Of a stretch of 64,000 nucleotides of DNA, positions 57,007-64,000 are shown one piece after another (the first letter of the stretch is position 1; each line of letters begins with the position of its first letter). The notes beneath the pieces were generated by a model. The model was not told the origin of the DNA. It did no database searches and worked only from the letters and a program-made list of their open reading frames with translations. The stretch is from positions 960,001-1,024,000 of the forward strand of contig CBDCDZ010000004.1 of assembly GCA_965215565.1 (NCBI GenBank). The letters run 5' to 3'. Both the position numbers and the translations under genes were made by a program. Origin of the DNA: Trueperaceae bacterium (lineage in GTDB: Bacteria > Deinococcota > Deinococci > Deinococcales > Trueperaceae).

Positions 57007-58698
57007 ATGAACGGTGCAGCAGCATTACTCGAGGCGCTCACGCGCGAGGGCGTCCATACCGTCTTCGGGCATCCGGGGGGCGCAATCATGCCCACCTACG
57101 ACGCGCTTTACGATTCACCCATCAAGCACGTTTTGGTACGCCACGAACAAGCCGGGGCGCACGCCGCCGATGCGTACTACCGGGCGAGCGGCAGAGTCGG
57201 CGTCTGTTTCGCGACTTCTGGACCCGGCGCGACGAACCTCGTTACAGGCTTAGCGACGGCGCACATGGACTCCTCTGCCGTCGTCGCAGTCACGGGCAAC
57301 GTTCCCTCCTCGCTCATCGGCACGGACGCCTTTCAAGAGGCGGACGTCTACGGCATCACTGGGCCGATCACCAAGCACAACTATCTCGTCAAAGAGGTCA
57401 ACGACATCCCTAAAGTTGTCAAAGAAGCCTTTCACATCGCCTCCACCGGACGTCCCGGACCCGTGCTGATCGACATTCCCAAAGATATTCAGCAAGCCGA
57501 GTTCACCGGACACTTCAATCACGAGGTTGACCTGCCGGGATACAAGCCCACTGTTACCGGGCATAAAGGTCAAATTAAACGCGCCGCCAAAGCGATTAAA
57601 GCCGCCAAAAAACCGATCATGATGGTGGGCGGCGGCGGGCAAGTCGCCTCGCAAGTCGTGGCGGACTTCGCTTCGAAGACGAACATTCCGGTCATCACCA
57701 CCCTCATGGGCATCGGCGCGTACCCCGCCGGCATGGAGAACGCCCTCGGAATGCCAGGGATGCACGGCACCGTTACGGCGAACCGCGCCATCACCCACTG
57801 CGACCTCATCATCGGCGCGGGTTTGCGTTTCGACGACCGCGTGACAGGCAAAATAAGCCGCTTCGCGCCGAACGCAACGATCGTCCATATCGACATCGAC
57901 CCCGCCGAGATTTCCAAGCTCGTCAAGGCGCACGTGCCCGTCGTGGGCGACTTGCGCGATGTGCTGCCGCGCTTGGGGGAGCTTTTGGATGAACTCGACA
58001 TCCCCGAGTGGTGGGAAACGCTCCGCGAGTGGAAAGGGATGTATTACGAGCGCTACAAAAAAGAGAAGCCTTTAGTCTCCCAAGAGGTCATCCAGATGCT
58101 CCAGCGCGAGACGGGCGGCGACTGCGTCGTGACTACTGAAGTCGGGCAGCACCAGATGTTCGCCGCGCGCCTCTTCCCCACTAACAAGCCGCGCACCTGG
58201 CTCACCTCGGGCGGTCTAGGGACGATGGGTTTTGGGCTGCCCGCCGCCATCGGCGCGGCGTTCGCGCGTCCCGGCGAGCAAGTGGTCTGCGTCGCAGGCG
58301 ACGGCTCCGTGCAGATGAACATTCAAGAACTCGCGACGATTTACAAGCACCAACTCCCCATCATCATCGCCATCTGCAACAACGGGATGCTCGGCATGGT
58401 GCGGCAGTGGCAGGAGATGTTCCACGCGCAGCGCTACAGCGAGGTCTTCTTGGCTGACTCCAACCCCGACTTCGCCAAGCTCGCGGAAGCCTACGGGATT
58501 GACGGCTACAACATCTTCGATAGAGAAGAAGCCGCGCGGCTCATCCCCGAAGTCTTAGCGAAGGGCAAACCAGCGGTGATGAACTTCGTCGTGTACGAAG
58601 CCGAAAAGGTCTTCCCGATGATTCCGGCGGGTGCGGGTGTGGACCAGATGCTTTTAGGCGATCAAGATCCCGAAGAACTTGAAGAGGTTAGGGCGTGA
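57007..58698 (+). CDS. ilvB: Acetolactate synthase large subunit
   Basis: GHPGGAI, RHEQ, TSGPGATN, GTMGFGLP, GDGS, GMVRQWQ. Confidence 0.96.
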   Translation: MNGAAALLEALTREGVHTVFGHPGGAIMPTYDALYDSPIKHVLVRHEQAGAHAADAYYRASGRVGVCFATSGPGATNLVTGLATAHMDSSAVVAVTGNVPSSLIGTDAFQEADVYGITGPITKHNYLVKEVNDIPKVVKEAFHIASTGRPGPVLIDIPKDIQQAEFTGHFNHEVDLPGYKPTVTGHKGQIKRAAKAIKAAKKPIMMVGGGGQVASQVVADFASKTNIPVITTLMGIGAYPAGMENALGMPGMHGTVTANRAITHCDLIIGAGLRFDDRVTGKISRFAPNATIVHIDIDPAEISKLVKAHVPVVGDLRDVLPRLGELLDELDIPEWWETLREWKGMYYERYKKEKPLVSQEVIQMLQRETGGDCVVTTEVGQHQMFAARLFPTNKPRTWLTSGGLGTMGFGLPAAIGAAFARPGEQVVCVAGDGSVQMNIQELATIYKHQLPIIIAICNNGMLGMVRQWQEMFHAQRYSEVFLADSNPDFAKLAEAYGIDGYNIFDREEAARLIPEVLAKGKPAVMNFVVYEAEKVFPMIPAGAGVDQMLLGDQDPEELEEVRA

Positions 58699-58833
58699 TG
58701 CAGACTCCGCTATATTCCGCATCACCGAGAAAGAGCTTCGGCGATGCTCCATACCACTCCGTCCGCACCTTCGTTCCTACTCGCTACGCTCGGATTGATC
58801 CGCGCATATTAGCGAATCAATCGGAATTTTTAT
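58698..58833 (+). repeat. Deinococcus SRE-like repeat between ilvB and ilvN
   Basis: ATGCAGACTCCG...TCCTACTCGCTACGCTCGGATTGA...TCAATCGGAATTTTTAT. Confidence 0.75.
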
Positions 58834-59356
58834 GAGCACGCATAAGCACGTCATGAGCGTGACCGTGCGTGACAAGCCAGGCGTCTTGGTGCGCATCGCC
58901 AGCCTCTTCGCGCGGCGCGGCTTTAATATCGAGTCGCTCTCCGTTGCTCAATCTGAAACGCCAGGGATTTCTCGCACCACCTTCGTCGTTCGGGGTGAGG
59001 ACGACACCATCGAGCAGGTTGAGAAGCAGCTTCAGAAGCTCATCGAGGTCATTAAGGTTGTAGACCACTCTGAAGCCGCCTTCGTAGACCGCGAACTGAT
59101 GCTCCTCAAAGTCGCAGTCAAAACACCCGAAGACCGCGTGGACATCCGCCAGATGGCCCAAGACTTCCGCGCCCGCATCGTGGACGTGCACCGCGACGCC
59201 CTGACCTTTGAAATCACGGGCGACGAGGGCAAGATGGGCGCGTTCATCGAGCAGATGAGACCGTATGGCATCCTAGAACTCATCCGCACGGGACGCATTG
59301 CGCTGACGCGGAGCGCGGCGGACCCGAGATTACCGAAGCAGTTGGAAGTAGCTTAA
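58832..59356 (+). CDS. ilvN: Acetolactate synthase small subunit
   Basis: DKPGVL.RI..LFARRGFNIESLSV; RELML.KV; RTG. Confidence 0.95.
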   Translation: MSTHKHVMSVTVRDKPGVLVRIASLFARRGFNIESLSVAQSETPGISRTTFVVRGEDDTIEQVEKQLQKLIEVIKVVDHSEAAFVDRELMLLKVAVKTPEDRVDIRQMAQDFRARIVDVHRDALTFEITGDEGKMGAFIEQMRPYGILELIRTGRIALTRSAADPRLPKQLEVA

Positions 59357-59454
59357 AGAGAAAAGGGATGAGAGGAAAGTAAAATTCTCCTTCCTCTCAT
59401 CCCTTTTCTCTTCCTTCACTAATTCAATCATCTTTACAGGAGACATCAAACATC

Positions 59455-60453
59455 ATGGCAAATATCTATTACGACAGCGACGCGAATCTAGAGCACCTAC
59501 AAGACAAGACTATCGCCATTATCGGCTACGGCTCGCAAGGGCACGCACATGCTTTGAACGCCAAAGACTCGGGCTGTGAGGTCGTCGTTGGCTTGCGCAA
59601 AGGCTCAGCGTCGTGGATGGAGGCGGAGGAACATGGCTTAAAGGTCATGGAGGTTGCCGAAGCCGCCAAAGCAGGCGACTTAGTGATGATTCTCCTGCCC
59701 GATGAGGTGCAGGGGCGCGTGTACGCGGAGCAGATTGCGCCAAACTTAGAAGCAGAGAACGCCCTCTTGTTCGCGCACGGCTTCAACATCCAATTCGGAC
59801 AGATCACGCCGCCTCATGAGGTGGATGTCTTCATGGTCGCGCCGAAAGGTCCGGGGCACTTAGTTCGTCGGACGTATACGGAAGGTGGCGGCGTGCCTTG
59901 CCTCATGGCAATTCAGCAGGACGCGACGGGCACGGCGAAGCAGCGGGCGCTTGCTTACGCTAAAGCGATTGGCGGAACAAAGGGCGGCGTTTTAGAGACC
60001 ACCTTCAAAGAGGAGACCGAAACCGACCTCTTCGGTGAACAAGCGGTCTTATGCGGCGGCGTTACCGAACTCATGCGCTCGGGCTTCGAGACGCTCGTCG
60101 AGGCGGGCTATCAGCCCGAAATCGCCTACTTCGAGTGCGTCCACGAGATGAAACTCATTGTGGACCTCATCTACGAGGGCGGCTTCGAGCGGATGCGCTA
60201 CAGCATCTCGAACACGGCGGAGTACGGCGACTACGTGACGGGTCCGCGCATGGTCACCGATGAGACCAGAGCCGAGATGAAGCGCGTCTTAAAAGAGATT
60301 CAGTCGGGCAAGTTTGCGCGGGAGTTTTTACTCGAGAACCAAGTCGGTCAGCCCACCTTAAAAGCGGGACGCAAAGCGACGGGTGAAACGCAAGTGGCGA
60401 GAGTCGGACAAGGCTTGCGGAAGATGATGCCGTTTATCAAAGGAAGCGATTAG
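59455..60453 (+). CDS. ilvC: Ketol-acid reductoisomerase
   Basis: [33 protein letters not shown]. Confidence 0.96.
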   Translation: MANIYYDSDANLEHLQDKTIAIIGYGSQGHAHALNAKDSGCEVVVGLRKGSASWMEAEEHGLKVMEVAEAAKAGDLVMILLPDEVQGRVYAEQIAPNLEAENALLFAHGFNIQFGQITPPHEVDVFMVAPKGPGHLVRRTYTEGGGVPCLMAIQQDATGTAKQRALAYAKAIGGTKGGVLETTFKEETETDLFGEQAVLCGGVTELMRSGFETLVEAGYQPEIAYFECVHEMKLIVDLIYEGGFERMRYSISNTAEYGDYVTGPRMVTDETRAEMKRVLKEIQSGKFAREFLLENQVGQPTLKAGRKATGETQVARVGQGLRKMMPFIKGSD

Positions 60454-60487
60454 CCGTTAGCTTTTAGGTATTAGCCAAGCCCTTGTT

Positions 60488-60612
60488 TGTCATTCTGAAC
60501 GTAGTGAAACGAAGTGAAGAATCTCTGCATTTGCTTCCTCCCCTGATTGAGATTGCAGGGCGAGACCCTTCACATTCGTAAGGCTACGCCAGACTTCGTG
60601 AACAGGGTGACA
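60488..60612. repeat. REPIN-like inverted pair
   Basis: TGTCATTCTGAAC...GTGAAGAATCTC and GAGACCCTTCAC...CAGGGTGACA. Confidence 0.6.
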
Positions 60613-60781
60613 TTCAAGTCCTTTCGGGTAAGAGGTTGTACGATGTTTGAAACGAAACAAGTCATGTGGCTCGAGTCGCTAGGACGCAGGCTCGGCAACA
60701 ACCAGCGACTATGCCTTTAGCTATTCACTCATCGCTCACCTCTTCAAACACCTAAACACCTCTTCTCGAAAGGACTCAAAC

Positions 60782-62362
60782 ATGGCTTACATCAACATCT
60801 TCGACACCACCCTCCGCGACGGCGAACAGTCTCCGGGCGTTGCGCTCAATACAGTGCAGAAGCTCGAGATCGCCCACGCCTTAGCCCGGCTCGGCGTGGA
60901 CATCATCGAGGCGGGCTTCCCCATCGCCAGCGACGGCGACTTCGACTGTGTTTATCAAATCGCCAAACAGGTCAAAGGCCCGGTCATCTGCGGCTTGGCG
61001 CGGACGCACAAGCTCGACATCGAACGGGCGGCGCAAGCCATCGAACCAGCGGAAAAGGGGCGGATTCACACCTTTACCAGTGCGTCGAAAGTTCACCTTG
61101 AATACATCCTCAAGAAGACGGAGGAGGAGGTGCTTACGTTGTCCGACGAGATGGTGCGCTACGCCAAGAGGTTTACCGACGACGTGGAGTTCTCCGCGCA
61201 GGACTGTATGCGGGCGAGCCCGGATTTTGTCTACAGACTTGTGCGCACCGCCATCGAAGCGGGCGCGACGACGGTCAACATCCCCGACACGACGGGCTAC
61301 GGTACGCCCGAGGAATACGGCGCACTCATCAAAAGTATCTTCGAGCACGTCCCCGAAGCGAAAGAGGTTGCGATTTCGACGCACTGCCACGACGACTTGG
61401 GGATGGCGGTGGCGAACTCCTTGGCTGCCGTCGAGAACGGCGCGACGCAGATTGAATGCACCATTAACGGCATCGGCGAAAGGGCGGGCAACACCTCTTT
61501 GGAAGAGTGCGTGATGGCACTCTATACGCGCAAAGACCACTACGGCGCGGACATCGGCATCCACACGCAGGAGATTTACAACGTCTCGAGACTCGTCCAA
61601 CGTCACACCGGGATGAGCGTCCCGCCGAACAAAGCCATCGTCGGCGATAACGCCTTTGCGCACGAATCCGGCATCCACCAAGACGGCGTTTTGAAGCACA
61701 AAGACACCTACGAAATCATGAACGCCGAACTCGTCGGGCGCGAGGCGGGCGTGCTGGTGATGGGCAAGCACTCCGGGCGGCACGCCTTCAAAAAGGCGCT
61801 CATGGACATGGGCTATGACTTGGAGAACGAAGTCCCCGACCACGGCATCAGCGCGGACTCGGTGGACGTTTTGTTCAAACGCTTCAAGGATTTGGCGGAC
61901 CGCAAAGGGGCGGTGGACGCGAACGACATCCGCGCGTTGGTTGAGAACGAAGTGATGAAGGTGGCGGAAACATATAAGCTCGAGCACGTCCAGTTCCAGT
62001 CCGGTACGGGCGGGATGACGCCCTCCGCGTTGGTGCGTCTCGGCACGCCCGAAGGCGTTATGGAAGAGACCTCTTTGGGGGACGGTCCCGTAGACGCCTC
62101 GTTCAAGGCGCTCGCTAAGCTGACGCCTATTCCTTTTAGCCTCGAGTCCTATGACCTCAAAGCCATCGGCAAAGGGACGGACGCGCTCGGTGAAGTCTCC
62201 ATTCGTGTAAATAGCGACGGGCAGATTGTGACGGGACGCGCGGTGTCTACCGATGTGGTTCACGCTTCGGTGCTCGCGTATGTGGACGTTTTGAACAAGT
62301 TGGCGGCGGGGATTGGGCGGAATAAGGAGGCGGCGAACCGGATTACGATGACAACGCCGTGA
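60782..62362 (+). CDS. leuA: 2-isopropylmalate synthase
   Basis: [44 protein letters not shown]. Confidence 0.96.
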   Translation: MAYINIFDTTLRDGEQSPGVALNTVQKLEIAHALARLGVDIIEAGFPIASDGDFDCVYQIAKQVKGPVICGLARTHKLDIERAAQAIEPAEKGRIHTFTSASKVHLEYILKKTEEEVLTLSDEMVRYAKRFTDDVEFSAQDCMRASPDFVYRLVRTAIEAGATTVNIPDTTGYGTPEEYGALIKSIFEHVPEAKEVAISTHCHDDLGMAVANSLAAVENGATQIECTINGIGERAGNTSLEECVMALYTRKDHYGADIGIHTQEIYNVSRLVQRHTGMSVPPNKAIVGDNAFAHESGIHQDGVLKHKDTYEIMNAELVGREAGVLVMGKHSGRHAFKKALMDMGYDLENEVPDHGISADSVDVLFKRFKDLADRKGAVDANDIRALVENEVMKVAETYKLEHVQFQSGTGGMTPSALVRLGTPEGVMEETSLGDGPVDASFKALAKLTPIPFSLESYDLKAIGKGTDALGEVSIRVNSDGQIVTGRAVSTDVVHASVLAYVDVLNKLAAGIGRNKEAANRITMTTP

Positions 62363-62365
62363 ATT

Positions 62366-62536
62366 ATGGATAAGGATGAGAGGTTGGGAGATGTGCGAGC
62401 GTCCAGTATTTCTAAAGCTAGGACGCTCGAGGCAATAGGTAAATTCTGGAATGAGCACGATTTTACGGAGTTTGATACGGATGCGCCGGATATTGATTTC
62501 GACATTAATCCTGATCTTCGTATAAGGACGGAGTGA
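62366..62536 (+). CDS. Short CopG/BrnA-like antitoxin fragment
   Basis: SSISKARTLEAIGKFWNEHDFTEFD; no RHH tail evident. Confidence 0.5.
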   Translation: MDKDERLGDVRASSISKARTLEAIGKFWNEHDFTEFDTDAPDIDFDINPDLRIRTE

Positions 62537-62544
62537 GGTGAGGA

Positions 62545-62700
62545 ATGAACACCTATACAGCTGCCGTTAAGCAGCATGATGAATGGTGGATTGGTTGGAT
62601 TGAAGAGGTTCCTGGGGTGAACGCGCAGGAGCGGACGAGAGAAGAACTCCTAGCAAGTCTCAAAGAGGTTTTTGAAGAGGCGCTCGAGTTCTCAAGGTAA
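62545..62700 (+). CDS. HicB-family antitoxin, short, no HicA visible
   Basis: YTAAVKQHDEWWIGWIEEVPGVNAQERTREELL. Confidence 0.75.
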   Translation: MNTYTAAVKQHDEWWIGWIEEVPGVNAQERTREELLASLKEVFEEALEFSR

Positions 62701-63513
62701 ATGAACTGGTTTTATAACGAACTCCAACAAATCGGCGTGGACTTTTCAAGCCAAGCTGAGGTTGAAGCGTATGACCAAAAGCAGGGCTCGAACTCGCCCG
62801 AAGCGTGCCGTGAACTGCTGGCGAGGTTAGGCGTCGGCGCAGAGGATAGGGTACTCGAGTTCGGTACGGCGACAGGCAACCTCACGGTTGAAGCGGCGAA
62901 GCGGTGTCAGCACGCTTACGGGGTGGATGTGTCTTTGCCGATGCTCGAGTACGCGAGGGTGAAAGCTAAAAGAGAGGGAATAGATAACGCGACCTTTGTT
63001 CACGCTGGATTTCTGAGCTACGAGCATACCGCACCACCTGTTGACTTTGTGATGACGAAGTTTGCCCTTCACCACCTCTCCGACTTCTGGAAAGCGAAAG
63101 CGCTACTCAACATCGCGTCTTCACTCAAAATGGGTGGACGCTTGCATATGCAAGACGTTATCTTTTCTTTTGAACCTCGAGAAGCTGAGCGAGAGGTTGA
63201 GGCGTGGATTCGAGAGGTGACAGACTATAGCGGGTTTTCTCGAGCCGAATTTGAGACGCACATTCGCGATGAGTTCAGCACCTTTGATTGGATTGTGGAC
63301 GGGTTACTGAAAAAAACAGGTTTTGAAATTTTAGAGAAAAATGTAGAATCACCTACTTACGCTTCGTACCTTTGTGAGAGAGTGAGCCAACCATGCCCAC
63401 CGAAATTTACGACACCACTCACAACAACCTCTTTAAGCTCAACTTCTCAAACCACTGATCCTGTAGATGGCAAAGGACACCTTCCACAACCTAGTGCGAG
63501 ACGCACTTATTAA
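62701..63513 (+). CDS. Class I SAM-dependent methyltransferase
   Basis: VLEFGTATG, GVDVS, FALHHL, LKMGG. Confidence 0.88.
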   Translation: MNWFYNELQQIGVDFSSQAEVEAYDQKQGSNSPEACRELLARLGVGAEDRVLEFGTATGNLTVEAAKRCQHAYGVDVSLPMLEYARVKAKREGIDNATFVHAGFLSYEHTAPPVDFVMTKFALHHLSDFWKAKALLNIASSLKMGGRLHMQDVIFSFEPREAEREVEAWIREVTDYSGFSRAEFETHIRDEFSTFDWIVDGLLKKTGFEILEKNVESPTYASYLCERVSQPCPPKFTTPLTTTSLSSTSQTTDPVDGKGHLPQPSARRTY

Positions 63514-63883
63514 AGACGGCTGGGAAATAACCCATGACCCTTTAGCCGTTGAGTTCGATACCTTGCGGCAGGTTTTTGTTGACCTCGGGGCTGAGAAAAT
63601 CATCACCGCGCAGAAGGGGAAGCGGAAGATAGCGGTGGAGATTAAGAGTTTTATCGGCGTGTCGCTTCTTCAAGACCTCTACGGAGCATTGGGGCAGTTC
63701 ATGGCGTATCGAACGCTTCTCAAAGAACAAGAGCCTGATACAAAGTTGTATTTAGCCGTACCAAAGGGCGCTTATGAAGGATTTCTAATTCTCCCTTCAG
63801 TTCAGCGCATCCTCAAAGACGCGCAAACACCCCTCATCGTTTACGATGTGGAAAAGGAGACTGTGGCGACGTGGCTCGAGTAG
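63467..63883 (+). CDS. xisH: XisH family protein
   Basis: AKDTFH..V..ALIKDGWEITHDP, DLGAE, AVEIKSF, ALGQF. Confidence 0.92.
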   Translation: MAKDTFHNLVRDALIKDGWEITHDPLAVEFDTLRQVFVDLGAEKIITAQKGKRKIAVEIKSFIGVSLLQDLYGALGQFMAYRTLLKEQEPDTKLYLAVPKGAYEGFLILPSVQRILKDAQTPLIVYDVEKETVATWLE

Positions 63884-64000
63884 AGATTTACAGAAATATT
63901 ATCAAAGAGGTGCTAACGAAGTACAGTGATGATGCGTCGTTTTTTGGCGTTGAGAACCAGCTCATTTTCGATACCGAGCATGACCATTATCAACTGGCTA
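63871..64000 (+). CDS. xisI: XisI family protein, runs off the window
   Basis: GTG start overlapping the xisH end; YRNIIKEVL...QLIFDTEHDHYQL. Confidence 0.88.
   Translation, partial: MARVEIYRNIIKEVLTKYSDDASFFGVENQLIFDTEHDHYQLA

Noticed and set aside
57250..57933. 227-aa minus-strand ORF and similar overlapping ORFs throughout the track
   Set aside because: Shadows of well-supported genes on the opposite strand or in another frame
60881..62458. 525-aa minus-strand ORF
   Set aside because: Antisense shadow of leuA with no recognisable motifs; expected in GC-rich coding DNA

Overview
A roughly 58-60% GC bacterial chromosomal segment, most likely Deinococcota (Truepera-like). The evidence is SRE-like repeats, many apparently leaderless genes, spoVS, crtB and Deinococcus-style lipoproteins. 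The backbone is housekeeping: a thiolase, xpt, dcd, gnd-zwf, galE, three tRNAs, hemL, ispG, crtB, rsmB, spoVS and ilvB-ilvN-ilvC-leuA with an attenuator. The most interesting signals are: (1) a 42-aa secreted peptide gene absent from the ORF track, ending in two GFKISN repeats, with helically phased operator repeats and an adjacent cupin-HD-GYP gene, a candidate peptide-signalling system; (2) a three-gene operon pairing a membrane protein with duplicated PmoC/AmoC-like DxxxH...H motifs with two paralogous anchored exported proteins, one predicted to start with His, a candidate copper system; (3) two genes (spoVS, rsmB) that appear to start at ATC; (4) several families of small dispersed repeats plus a strong CTCGAG excess; (5) stand-alone defence-like genes (DUF262-HNH, nuclease-DUF2075 helicase) and decaying toxin-antitoxin genes. 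All family calls come from motif recognition by eye; no database searches were run.
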